DNA of 64,000 bases from positions 248,001-312,000 of the forward strand of contig OZ025704.1 of NCBI GenBank assembly GCA_964019335.1. The letters run 5' to 3'. Position numbers and translations under genes: made by a program. This document shows positions 1 to 11,233 of this stretch, in pieces. Origin of the DNA: Diplonema japonicum (taxonomy: Eukaryota > Protista > Euglenozoa: Diplonemea). Every line of letters begins with the position of its first letter. The first letter of the stretch is position 1. The notes beneath the pieces were generated by a model, which had not been told where the DNA came from, ran no database searches, and saw only the letters and a program-made list of their open reading frames with translations.

Positions 1-1
1 C

Positions 2-160
2 AGAATGCCGTTGGAGTGCTTCATGACTGAGTCGCAGTTCGAGGATGTGTTGCTTCCTTTTGTTGAAAAGATGTGGTGGGGCGGTAAAGTTGCCCAGGTC
101 ATGGTGATTGCACACAGCCGAGTTGTTTCCGACGATTGCCACATCTGGGCTTTCGGGTGA
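2..160 (+). CDS. 3' end of an upstream gene (partial), product unknown
   Basis: Open frame from the window edge (RMPLECFMTESQFEDVLLPFVEKMWWGGKVAQVMVIAHSRVVSDDCHIWAFG*) ending at TGA 158-160, with coding-like composition, followed by a T-rich spacer like the other genes. Confidence 0.55.
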   Translation, partial: RMPLECFMTESQFEDVLLPFVEKMWWGGKVAQVMVIAHSRVVSDDCHIWAFG

Positions 161-403
161 ACTTTATTGCGATTATTTTTTTTTTTTTATAAGGTAAAAG
201 AATTTCTTGAGTGTTCCCACTTAGGTTGTCTTTTTTTCTTTTTCTTTTTTTTTTTTTTTTCTCTCGATCGTTGCTACAACACAATTTTGTTTTCCTTCTT
301 CTTTTTTTTTTTTTTTTTTTCTTCTAAACCAACTTCGCCAAAAGGTACACACTTCAAAAAAAAAAAAAAAAAAGACTTTAAAAAAAAAGAGAGGGAAAAA
401 AAA

Positions 404-1081
404 ATGTCGTGGGACGAAAGGTACACCGACGTAAGGGCAGAGCTCCGCGCGGCGCAACGGGATGCAGACGCACTGCTAGAGGGTGGGGACGAAGGGCATG
501 CAGGTGACAAGAAGCGCATGGCAATAAGGAAACACCTGCACGAACTGGAGAGCGTGCTGAGACAGCTGAAGGAAGAGGCGGGGAAGGAGGGGAGGGAAGA
601 CATAAAAACAGACATGCTCCGCAGACTAGAAACCGTCGCCGATCAAAGACGCGCTATAACCGACAAGCTGGGACAAAAGAAAGAAGGATTGTTCTCAGGC
701 TTAAAGAAAGCCATGGGCATGGAGGGGGGCAGACGTGCAGACGAGGAAGCCCCTATGTTCGACGATCATGATGATGACGCTCTCCTCCTGATGCAGGACG
801 ATGGCATCCAGGAGCAGAACGAGAAGCTCTCACGTCTCCATAAGGTGATAGTTCGGCAGAAAGAGGTTGGTCAAGCAATAGGCCAAGAGCTCGACGATCA
901 AGCAGTTGTTATAGAAAGGCTGGAAGAGGGTGTGACATCCACAACCTCTGCCGTTCGGCAGGAAAACAAACGGATCAAGTCCCTCCTTGACGCATCTTCC
1001 TCCGATTCCCGGCTCACCATCTGCATCTGCCTCCTCCTCGTCATCCTCATAGTGGTCGTTATCTTGGCCATGGAGACATAA
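404..1081 (+). CDS. Qc-SNARE, syntaxin-6/8-like
   Basis: ATG at 404 after an A-run; N-terminal helical bundle, SNARE motif (QEQNEKLSRLHKVIVRQKEVGQAIGQELDDQ...) and C-terminal TM anchor (LTICICLLLVILIVVVILAM). Confidence 0.85.
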   Translation: MSWDERYTDVRAELRAAQRDADALLEGGDEGHAGDKKRMAIRKHLHELESVLRQLKEEAGKEGREDIKTDMLRRLETVADQRRAITDKLGQKKEGLFSGLKKAMGMEGGRRADEEAPMFDDHDDDALLLMQDDGIQEQNEKLSRLHKVIVRQKEVGQAIGQELDDQAVVIERLEEGVTSTTSAVRQENKRIKSLLDASSSDSRLTICICLLLVILIVVVILAMET

Positions 1082-1243
1082 AGAAAATTTCATATAAAAA
1101 AAAAAAAATAAAAATAAAAGAATGTGTGTGTGTGCCATATTTTTTTTGTTTCACATACGGATATAAATTTTTTTTGGGGGGGGGGAGGCAAGTAAATTTT
1201 CACGTAAATCTGACTCGGAAAAAGAAGAAGAAAAACTGTGCTG

Positions 1244-1278
<35 letters not shown>

Positions 1279-1455
1279 GGAAAGAGTTATTTAAAACGTG
1301 TAAAGTTAAATTAAAAAAAAAAATACAGGAGTGGGGAAAAAAAGAAAAGAAAATTTAAAAAAAAAAAGTGTGATTTTTTTTTTTAACTTACGTATTTTAT
1401 CTTCCCTCCCTGGGGGAAGGGGGTGTATGTGTGTGTGTGTTTTTTTTTTTTTTTT

Positions 1456-4400
1456 GGTGCCAGGTTGACGGATGCAGCCGCAAGGTATGCCGCGCGTGCG
1501 TGAGGCGATGAAACGCAGGAGCATGGAGGGGCGGCGGGGACAGAGGGAACGGAGAGGCAACTCCTGCGAAGCACAGCCGAACAGCTGCTCATGAGATACA
1601 TGCCAGTGGAAGGGGACGGAAATTGCCAGTTCGCTGCAATTGCTAGGGCGCGAGGAGCAGGGAACGCCAGCACAGTACGCGCACAGGCAGCAGAGTACAT
1701 CGCGACGAACCCGGAGTTTTACAAAGAAGCAAGGAAACACTCCCTTTCTCTCAGAAGGATTGAGCATGACGGAGAGTGGGGGGACTACTACACCCTCGGA
1801 GCGGCAGGATGGGCAACCCAGACATGTATCTGGATCCTCCACAAAAAGAGAATGGTGCGAGCCACGAAGCCTGACGGGGCGAAGCAGACGATTATAGTTG
1901 CTTACGATTCCCAGCACTACGACGCTGTACTCGCGCCGCTACACATGATGGATTGGTTGGGCAAGACGGAGGCCACGGTAGTGCAGATGGAGGACCTGCT
2001 GAAGGTGGCACTTGGTACTCGGAACAAGAAGGCTACAGCACCTGGCCAGACTTCGACTCTACGACAACGGGGAAATCTACCCGGCCCTGAACGAAGGGGT
2101 GTCCTGACCACTGGGACGGGGGCGAGTCAGGGGCGCCATACCCCCTATGAGAAGGCTGGTAACCGCACACTTAAAGTCCTAAGTAGTGAGGGTGAACAAA
2201 CAGGCAGTACCAAGAAGCCACCGACACAGGTTTTCCATCTCGCAACTGCAAATGTAGCGTCTCTGAGGAACAGGCTGGAAAGCGTCATGCAGCTCGACGT
2301 CGACGTGATCTGCCTACAAGAGACTGCACTTACGGCAGCAGGACAGAAAGAGGTGGCACACGCAATGAAATCCGCGACAGAGAAGAACAAGAAGCGAAAA
2401 TACAGACCTATGTGGGCAGACCCGCAACAGGGAAGGATCAAGGAAGGTCTGATATCTATAGATATCGCAAGACGAGGAGGCCTGGCGACTTTTGTACGCG
2501 AGCCACGAACAGCTCTGGGAACATCACTCGAGAGGGATGACATCAACAGTAGGTGGCAACACACAAGGGTCAGCATAGACGGGGAAAATATGTGGCTGCA
2601 CATCATCACCGTGTACTGCCCAGCAGGGGAGGGAGAGGAACCAAGGAGGCAACGAGAACGACTCTTGCAGCACGTCCTCAGGAAGAAGGCGATGGAGCTC
2701 GGGAACGTCCCCGTGATTGTGGCAGGCGACCTCAACACGGACGAGAAAAGATCGTATGAGCTTCGTCACGCGCTGATGAACGGATGGACTGATGCGGCAG
2801 GAGCATGCGCAGCGGGAAAAGGAGAAGACCCGATGCCAACCTTCACTCGGAAGAACTGTGCATCGAGGATCGACTACATCCTCCTGAACGCTTTCGCAGC
2901 ACAGGCGCTACAGGGCTGCAGAACAAGCAGGGATGTAAAGGGGGCGGACCATATGACTCTGACGGTAGAGCTGAGACTTGCGAGATTCCAGCAGACTGTG
3001 AAGAGATACATGATACCCCGAGAAGTCCCAGGAGGCGTGGAACCAGCAGAAGAAGAGGGGAGTAAGGCACTCCAGGAGAGCAATTTCAGGGAACACATGC
3101 GAAAAGACCCGGAGGCGGCGTACCTCGCGCTAGCTGAGGCGAGCGAGAAGATACTTCTGGGGGACGAGACCGTCGGCACGGCACCTTATAGGGGCCGCGG
3201 CAAGGTGAGACAACCGCAACAGAGACAACTATGTGCACCAACAACAACTGGCTCGTGTGGGGCAGCGTCGATCATGCAAGTACGGCTGGAGAAAATGCGA
3301 GGCAGGCTGAGAGCCATTCAGACGCAGCTCAACATGTTGCAGAAAAGAGGAGGAGGGCAGCTCAGTAAGGTTACGGTGAACACAATCCACAACCTGAACG
3401 GGGAGCTCGAACACACGCGCGTGAAGTGCCTACCCATTGACCCGACGCAGGCCAACATCGAGGACATGGTGGCGGATGCAGAGATCATGTCAGAGGCGGT
3501 GGAGAGACGCGAACGGAGATGGTGAAGGAACAGCGCACGGCAAGGCACAGGAGCTACCTTGACTCAGTCGAACAAGGAAAAGAGACGAAGGAGCTCGTGG
3601 ACAGCGCGAAAGGAATCGAGGACAAGCGGGGGACAGCAACTGTGGAGATGGAAAAGGACACGATTGCAAACCCGCAGGAATTGGACAGGACAATGAGGGA
3701 ACATTGGGAACATGTCTTTGCAAAATACAGAGACAAGCCCCAGCCCGCGTACGCAACATTCGAGAAGGAGTACGGTGCGTACATCGAAAAAAGAGACATG
3801 GTGTGGACACCGATCACTGGGATACGCCTGAAGCAGGTGCTGAAGAAAAAGACGGCCAGAAGCGCAGCGGGGTAGACGGCTGGCGGATGGCAGAGCTACG
3901 AAGGCTACCAGTATCCATATTGGACGCATGGGCTGTTTTCCTCAATGAGGTAGAGGAGACAGGAAAATGGCCGGAGTCGGCGTTGACAGCTCTGGTGACC
4001 CTTATCCCGAAGACCAAGAACGCAGGACCACTCGAGCATCGGCCCATAACAGTCACGTCGGCAGTGTACAGATTATGGGCGTGCACAAGGCTTGGTGATA
4101 TTCTCGAATGGCAAGAATCCTGGATCCACAAAACTCAACACGGGTTTAGGGCCAGACATGGGACAGAGGACGTTCTCATGGACATCTGCACCAGGATAGA
4201 GGAAGCAGCGATGGACAAGACACCGTTGTTGGGTGTCGCACTAGACTTCGCCAAGTGTTTTGACACAGTTCCACAACAACTGGTGCTGCGGCGACACGCT
4301 ACGGAGGCTCGCGACCACTCAGCTCTCTTTCTGGCAGAAAGCGGAAGTCCTGCGAACAACGGTGCTACCCAGCTGTCTGTATGATGTTGCATTCGCGCCG

Positions 4401-5978
4401 CCGTCAGAAGGATACCTCAAATCGCTCACATCAACCGCGACATACGCCTTGTGGGACCGAGGTACAGAACAAGATCACCAGCGGCGGTGCTGTCAAACCT
4501 GTTCAGCGGACACACACACGACCCAGAGGTAGCAGCGCCCTACAGAGCACTAGCAGCCATATACAGAACGAGACGAAAATTGGGAGAGGTGTGGGAGCGG
4601 TGCCAGAGACTTGCCAAAGGGTACCAAGACCCGACAAGAACGACACCTTTGGGCCCGATAGGCAACGCGATGAAGCGGTGGCTCCCGAAGATCAGCACAA
4701 ACTGGGGGCAGTTCACCGAAATGCTAGCTGAGAACAAGGACAAATTCGCACATGTAGTGCGAGAAAAGCTAAGGTCGGGACGTGCGGAACACATACAGGA
4801 CAGAAGACGCTCGATGGAGGGGTTAGACCGGGGCGCAGACCCACGCACGAACGACCTGTGGCGAGAGCTGATGAGACTCGGACCACAAGGAGCAATGGCA
4901 GCGAGAGACCTCCGGAGGATCGTGGCGGGAGGGGTTTTCTACACCCACCCAAAGGCGTGGTACCAGGACAAAATCACCAGACGGGTACCACCCCCAGAGG
5001 GCGAGCAGAGCGAAAGCGAGGACAGCTCGGAAGAGGAAGGGGACGAGACACACGAGCGTGAACAAGAGACCAACAACAGACGAGGTCACATGCGACGCGT
5101 GCGGTGCGGAGGAGGACGAGAGCAACATGCTGCGACACGCATTATGGGAATGCAGTGTGGCGAAGGAGGTGCAACAGAAGGAAGTACATGCAGAAGTAGT
5201 GGCCAACAAGACGGAAATGCCAATCTGCATGCAGCTACATGGAACGCTCCCGCGTGGTCACCGAACACACCAACACCGGCTGAGGAAGACGCAATACTAC
5301 CTGCTGGAAGTGGTGGCAAAACGGGACCAGCTTCTCCAGGACAAGAGAAAGCTAGAAACGTACACGACGCACCCCTGGGAACAGATAACGGAAGGAAACG
5401 CTCATGCGCCACCTGAATGGAAGGAGCTGAGGAAGCATGTGAGCGGGAGCCTGATGATGAAGCACGGTGAAGACATCGTCAAGTGGCTCAAAAAGCTGAA
5501 GTGGTACGATGGACCGAGGAAGACGACAGTCACCACAATGGAACTCGTACTAGACTTCGAGAACACGCTGGGCGTCGAGCCGATCACGGGGAAGAAGGGT
5601 GATCTAGACATGATACAGAAGAAAGCGCGGAGTTTCCACGGCCTCCCGGAAAGAATCCAAGAAGGGTGGGACACAGCACGCATACAGAAGAAGGTCAGAG
5701 GCAAGCGGATCTTCCCAGCGGAGAGCAAGAAGAACCACGCGCTTAGAACCATAGGTGCGAAGAAGAGTCTGGGATGGAACAGAAGGCCAGTTTTTGCATC
5801 AGAGAAAACCAAGAAGGACCTTAAGAAACTGGGCAGAAAGTGGCAAGAAGAAAGGGAGGATACTTTGAGGAAGGCAACACAGCCAAAAAAGAAAGAAAGG
5901 CCGAGGCCCCAGAAGGGAGAAAGGGGTAGATAAGTAGAGACAAGGGGGACGTTCCAAAACAGGAACCTCCTTTATCTC
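1456..5978 (+). mobile_element. Decayed non-LTR retrotransposon: OTU protease-like domain, APE endonuclease, partial RT, Cys/His zinc knuckle
   Basis: Five overlapping ORF fragments (1591-3525, 3519-3875, 3704-4384, 4260/4451-5416, 5058-5933). OTU motifs GDGNCQF / GEWG / HYDAV; APE motifs TANV, ICLQET, VAGDLN, RIDYIL, ADH; RT motifs GVDGW, LIPK, RPITV, QHGFR, LDFAKCFDTV; CDACG...HALWEC. Purine-rich, homopolymer-free, bounded by T-tracts. Ends approximate; no TSD identified. Confidence 0.9.
5937..5978 (+). other. 3'-terminal stem-loop of the retrotransposon
   Basis: GAGACAAGGGGG-AC-GTTCC-aaaaca-GGAAC-CTCCTTTATCTC folds by eye into a long hairpin (GAGA/TCTC, AAGGGGG/CTCCTTT with wobbles, GTTCC/GGAAC) directly after the stop codon. 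Confidence 0.6.
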
Positions 5979-6204
5979 ATCTCTTTTTTTTTTTTTTCCC
6001 CTTCTCTCTCTCTCTTTCTATCCTCCCTCCTCCCCTGCCCCCCCTCTTCTTTTCGGATTTTCTTTTTCTTTTTTTATCTTCCCCCAATCCCCCCTTCGTT
6101 CCTGCTTTTCTCATCTGCCTTTTTTTTCTCCCCCTTTTGTTTAAGCTTTTGGTTTCTAGGGGGGGGGGGGGGAAATACCGCCAGAAAGGGGGGGGAGTAT
6201 ACAG

Positions 6205-7317
6205 ATGTCGACTCCGGAGCAGATTCGAAAAGATATAGCTGGGGCGCTGGACTGCATCAGCAGCACAAAGTTGGTATATTTCGTGGAGTTTAAACAAATA
6301 TGCATCACATACCTGGAACGATTTGCTGAGATAACCAAAGGAATTGAAGCAAAGCTTACGGTGATGATGAAAGGGGAAACGAAGCCCTTGTGGTATTTGG
6401 TGGACTACTTGGTGAGCGAGATGCCCTTAGTGTTCCAAGATGAGTTTAAAACAGAACTCCCTAGCATGGTTGATAATTATATGCCGTGGGACGAGGACGA
6501 GGGTATGGAGGGGTGGGGGGCGGGGGCTTGCAAGAAATTGGTGGAGAGTTGGGGCGACCGGGGTCTCTTTGACCCCGATACAATGAAGAAGTTGATCGAG
6601 ATTGTGGAGCGGCGAACGCGAGGACGAGAAATCACCCCTTCCCCGCCACCCTCCCCCGAACCTTCCCCTATACCCACTCCTGCGCCTCGTCCTCAACCTG
6701 AGCTTCCGAAACAGACAAAGCCAGCACCTGCCACCCCCATGGAGGTTGACACCAGTCCATCCCCCAATCCTGTCGTAGTTCCTCAGATGGTTCCTCCCCC
6801 TTTACCAGAGTCTGACTCATCATCTGAATCTGATTTCTATGACCCCAATTTCGAAATGCCAGCCAATCACCAGCTTGCTGCGGTATTACAACATTTTTTT
6901 TTCTACCCCCCCAAAAAAAACCCAGAGAATGGACAAAGAAGCGGCCGACCGGAAAATGATGATGGATATGGGTATGGGCATGGGGCCCGGTGAGGGGTAC
7001 CAAATGGACCCTGCGCAGTTTGGGTACCCGCCGCAGATGCAGATGCCTGGGTACATGATGCAGCCACAGCACCCTGACGCGCCATCGGTATGAGAAAATT
7101 GAAGAAAAGTGATATTTTTAATTTTTGTCAGGTTTCGTATGTTGCAGGGGGTGCTGGGGCCTACCAGCAAGACCGGCCTTGGGTTGTTCCTCCCGCAGGG
7201 GTCCCCGCTGCAGCGGCCTACCCCACGTCTTACCCGCAGCCGCAGCAACCAGCAGCTCAGCCCGCCGCACCTCAGACACCGCAACCTGCGGCAGATGATG
7301 ATGTTGAGTTCTTTTAA
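6205..7317 (+). CDS. CID (CTD-interacting, Pcf11-like) domain protein with Pro/Gln/Met-rich tail; 3 exons
   Basis: join(6205..6882,6926..7087,7132..7317); GT-AG introns of 43 and 44 nt connect three ORF-track frames. N-terminal helical domain with KPLWYLVDYLV...KKLVESWGDRGLF resembles CID. Confidence 0.65.
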
Positions 7318-7560
7318 GAACTGCGGGGGGAGAAAAACCAATTTGGCGTTTTTTTCATTTGTTCGTGCACGAGGGGAAAGTGTAAAAAGAAGAAGAAGAA
7401 AAGGAAAGAAGAAGGGAAAAAAAAAAAAAAAAAAAAGCGCACCCGATTCGTTACAACTACCTTTTTTTTTGAGGGGTTTTCTAAAAAGAACCCAACTTTT
7501 TCTTATCAAAACTGGGGCAGCTGACACCCCACGAGATCACACGTATTGTAAAAAAAAAAA

Positions 7561-7592
<32 letters not shown>

Positions 7593-7710
7593 CCTTCTTC
7601 TTTGCGTAGCACCATTTCGGTTAACAATCTGATTCCCCCCTTTTTTTTAGTTGCCTCCCCCCCCCCCCCCCCCCCTCTTTCTTCAAAAAAAAAGAGGAAA
7701 GGTGGGGGAA

Positions 7711-8799
7711 ATGAGAAGACTTGCGAGAACACAGCGATGGTGCAGTAATGAATCAACCGTGAAGTCAGTGGCGAACGTGAAGGAGGCACAAAACAAAGTT
7801 TTTGACGCAGCGATTAACGAGAAATACGTGATGCTGACAGAGGACGAGCTGGAGGGGAAGGCACTGCAAGGCTACGAAAAGAAGTGGGAGACAGAGCTGG
7901 ACAAGGTGGTGGGGCTGACAAGGGACGACATGTGGAAGAACTGGTCGCAGGTGGAAAAAACAAAGAAAGACTACGAGATCCTTGACGTTCCAGAATTCGC
8001 CTCCCAGCTAACACTGTACCTAAGGTGGAAGCTAGTAGAGCTGAGAACACGCCCCGACAGATTCTTCATCATCTCCGAACATATGAGCACTCACACAAAA
8101 AAACGATTTCACGTGTATAAGAACGCTTATAGGTCTTTGCGACATAAAGCGAAGAGTCAAAACCGCTCATGGCTCACCCCAATGCACCCGTCATACCTAG
8201 CCAACATCGACGCACAACCGTGTTTTAAATTCATGCATTCCCGTTTCAAACGTGACATGCTGACCACATACCAGGAGGACTCCTTTACCAGAGACGCAAG
8301 ACGGAGGAGCAGGTCGCTCTTAAAACAGCAGGAGAAAGAATACTGGAAACACGATTTCCATTACTACACAAAACGGGAGGAACGGATCATGGGAATCAAG
8401 AGGCTGGCGAGCTTCGCGTATTTTGTGGTGAAGCTGCCCCTTGTCTTCTTCGTGTGGAGGAGCGTCCTCGTTGCCATGGAACATGCTAGCTTAGCTAATG
8501 ATTTCTTTCAGGCAACCCGTCGCGGCTTTGAGCCCAACAAAGAAGCCGTCCGTGTTCCAGAGGTCAGGCAGGCTTATATCAACGATGCTGAGTCCTCGTT
8601 GCGGCAGCGCATTGAGAACACTAAGTCGGACAACCCAGTGTGGTCGTTCATGCGGCTCACACTCGTCATCGGGTTCATTGCACAGCTTTACTTCACCTTC
8701 TCTGAAGGCCGTCTACCTTACTGGTTGACCCCTGTCCACGAGCGTGCGTTCTATATGGACTTGTACAATGCGTACAAGAACCCTGAGAAGCTCAAGTAG
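7711..8799 (+). CDS. Hypothetical membrane protein, probably mitochondrial
   Basis: Long ORF; short Arg-rich N-terminus MRRLARTQRWCS resembles a euglenozoan mitochondrial presequence; two hydrophobic segments. Confidence 0.65.
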   Translation: MRRLARTQRWCSNESTVKSVANVKEAQNKVFDAAINEKYVMLTEDELEGKALQGYEKKWETELDKVVGLTRDDMWKNWSQVEKTKKDYEILDVPEFASQLTLYLRWKLVELRTRPDRFFIISEHMSTHTKKRFHVYKNAYRSLRHKAKSQNRSWLTPMHPSYLANIDAQPCFKFMHSRFKRDMLTTYQEDSFTRDARRRSRSLLKQQEKEYWKHDFHYYTKREERIMGIKRLASFAYFVVKLPLVFFVWRSVLVAMEHASLANDFFQATRRGFEPNKEAVRVPEVRQAYINDAESSLRQRIENTKSDNPVWSFMRLTLVIGFIAQLYFTFSEGRLPYWLTPVHERAFYMDLYNAYKNPEKLK

Positions 8800-8914
8800 G
8801 TCCCCCCCCCTTCTGTCTTCAGTGTAATCAAGCGGGTAGACGTTAAGTCTCTCCTTCTTTTTCCTTTGTTTTTGCTTTGGCGTAATTGTATTTTTGTTGC
8901 TAGGGGTTTGCACA

Positions 8915-10273
8915 ATGGCCGCCGTCCCGCTCCCTCCCACGCTGCCGCTTCTGGACCCCATGGCTGCTTCAGCGGTGCACTTCAACGTGTCGGCTACTGA
9001 GGCTGACAGGGCACGGGCCGCCGCCTCGCTTGCAGCGGTCAACAGCCGGGCACAAGAGGTGCGTGTCATCGAACAAGATGCGGTCAGCAAGAACGCTGCG
9101 CTGCGTGCTCACACTGCGGACATGACCCACACCAACGCCGTTACACACGCGGCACGCGCCGCACTGGAGCTGGAACGGAGCTCTGTGTCGCTCATCAACA
9201 CGCACTCGCAGTTCCGAGCGGCGGAGGAGCTCTACACCGCCACCATCGCGAAGCGCAATCAAGCAGAAGCCCAGCTTCTGAACCAGAGCCAAGAGACGTT
9301 TGCCATGCGTGAGCGGTACGCAGCAGCTGAGATGGACAGGAACAACATTGCCATCGGAGCACGCGTTGAGAAGGAGCGAGCCCTGGCCTCAGAGGCTGGC
9401 ATCCATGCAGCGCAGCACTACGAGCTGCAAGCCGGCAAGGCGGCAATGGAAGCAGCGAAAGCCGCTGCAGCAATGCGTGTCCGCCTAAGTGAGTCGGATG
9501 CCATCGTGCAGGAGATCGAAGCGAAGAGGTCGGCCGCAGCTACTACAGCCGCCGCGGCTTCCGTGGCCGCACGCGACGCACTGGCACGCGAGCAAGAGGC
9601 CAACAATGCGCTGGCGGCAATCACGCTCGAGGCCGAGACGGCACGCGCGTCGGTGGCTCAAATACGGGCTGACGCGAACCTTGCAGAGGAGGCAGCACGG
9701 GTGAAGGCTGCGGGGCATGCCGCTGCCAAGGCTGGTGTGGGGGAAGCGTCACAGCACCACTTTGCGCAGACGAGCAGATTGGCTGACATCAGTAGCAAAT
9801 TCATCGAGACGGAGGCGGTGGCGCTGAGGGCGGAGACAGATTTAGAAGCAGCGGTGACAAAGGAGACGTTTGCGCAGAAGGACTTGGAACACAGCTTGCT
9901 GGAACAAGACCAGGCACGGAAGTCGGAACTTCTTGCGAGCGATGCGCTGTCTCATGCAAACGCGACACTTGCTGCGTCGGAGGAGCTGCTGCGCAGGGCA
10001 GGCAGCAGCGAAGCCGTCGAGCGTGTCAACAGGCTGCACGCCACACGCATCGCCGCAGAGGAGGAAACTAAAATGTTGCACGAGGGTGAACACCTGGCTT
10101 TCGTCAGCACCACCGAGAGCGTCGCCCGCGTCACTGAAGCCACCGCTGCCGCCACCGCCGCCTCTGCTGCAGAAAATCTCTTGAGAACCCCCGTGCCAGG
10201 CATCCTCAGCCCAAGGGGGCGCCTCATCAGCGCACCGCACTTGTCCCCTGTGACACCCCCCCTCTTTTACTAG
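8915..10273 (+). CDS. Ala-rich coiled-coil protein, function unknown
   Basis: About 450-aa GC-rich ORF with A/E/R-rich heptad-like composition and Pro-rich termini. Confidence 0.75.
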   Translation: MAAVPLPPTLPLLDPMAASAVHFNVSATEADRARAAASLAAVNSRAQEVRVIEQDAVSKNAALRAHTADMTHTNAVTHAARAALELERSSVSLINTHSQFRAAEELYTATIAKRNQAEAQLLNQSQETFAMRERYAAAEMDRNNIAIGARVEKERALASEAGIHAAQHYELQAGKAAMEAAKAAAAMRVRLSESDAIVQEIEAKRSAAATTAAAASVAARDALAREQEANNALAAITLEAETARASVAQIRADANLAEEAARVKAAGHAAAKAGVGEASQHHFAQTSRLADISSKFIETEAVALRAETDLEAAVTKETFAQKDLEHSLLEQDQARKSELLASDALSHANATLAASEELLRRAGSSEAVERVNRLHATRIAAEEETKMLHEGEHLAFVSTTESVARVTEATAAATAASAAENLLRTPVPGILSPRGRLISAPHLSPVTPPLFY

Positions 10274-10352
10274 CTACACAGCAAGGAGGATGACATACTT
10301 GTTGTACATGATCCTTCCATCCGGCCTTGCTTCCAACCTGTACTTTTTGTTT

Positions 10353-10386
<34 letters not shown>

Positions 10387-10456
10387 CGTGTATATTCAAT
10401 GATTTTTTTTTTTTTTTTTCAAAAAGAAAAAACCCCCCCGTTCCACTCAGGCATGG

Positions 10457-10939
10457 ATGGGACAGAAACTGGCGATAGAGGTTATACGTGAGATCGTGCC
10501 GTTTCTGCCAATCGGGTGTCTGGATGCTTTAAAAGATGTGTGCAAAGGGTGCAGAATGGAGGTGTTAAAAGTGGTGTCCGGGCTCGATGGGCTACGAGCA
10601 GCTGGGGGAGACGGTGTTCCTGTTATAAAAGAGTTGACAGGAAGAATGGTAGCACAGGTGTGGAACAGCCACTGTGTCAATGGCCCTTCGCTGCCGTGGG
10701 AAGAGTTGGATACACCAGCGGCAATATGGCAATGGGCGCACACGCATATCCTCCAGCCTTCTTGGAGGTTCCCCCCTGGCCATTTCGTGGTTTCTCCAGA
10801 CCACAGGGTGTTTGTCTGGGCCCTATCCCTTTTGTCGCCCCTTTATACCTTCCATTTTCTAATTGTCGACTCAAGCACCTTTCTCCTTTACGAGGCCAAA
10901 AGAAAACCCCTAGCCCCGGCTTTACACGTGCGAGATTGA
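10457..10939 (+). CDS. Small protein with F-box-like N-terminus
   Basis: LAIEVIREIVPFLPIGCLDALKDVCKGCR fits the F-box pattern (LPxEIIxxIxxFLPxxxLxxLxxVCKxWR); remainder unrecognised. Confidence 0.5.
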   Translation: MGQKLAIEVIREIVPFLPIGCLDALKDVCKGCRMEVLKVVSGLDGLRAAGGDGVPVIKELTGRMVAQVWNSHCVNGPSLPWEELDTPAAIWQWAHTHILQPSWRFPPGHFVVSPDHRVFVWALSLLSPLYTFHFLIVDSSTFLLYEAKRKPLAPALHVRD

Positions 10940-11233
10940 AAAAAAAAAAAGAAAAAAGAAACTTCTAAGCTTTTTTTTTTTATATATTATTATTTGTTAT
11001 TTCCTTGCATTAGAAAAAAAAAAAAAAAAAGAAAAGGAGAAAAGGACGGGGAGTGTCCCCTTCCCCCCTATGTTTCTTTGTTCCTTTCCCTTTTTTTTTT
11101 TTCTCTTTGTGTCTTTTTTGTGGTTTCGGTTAAAGAAAATCATCACACAGGCGAAGAGAGAAGGAGAGGCACGGGAGGGGGAGTGGGAGGCGGGGGTGAT
11201 TCCCCCCCTTCTATTTTAAAAAAAAAAGGGAAA

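Noticed and set aside
150-170. Spliced-leader remnant (actttattg; also ctgtactttttg near 10338)
   Set aside because: Matches of only 9-12 nt in AT-rich sequence are expected by chance.
2056-2090. 2A-like ribosome-skipping peptide (RGNLPGP) between OTU and APE, as in L1Tc
   Set aside because: The position is suggestive but the required D-x-E-x-N-P-G-P core is absent; worth rechecking only on a family consensus.
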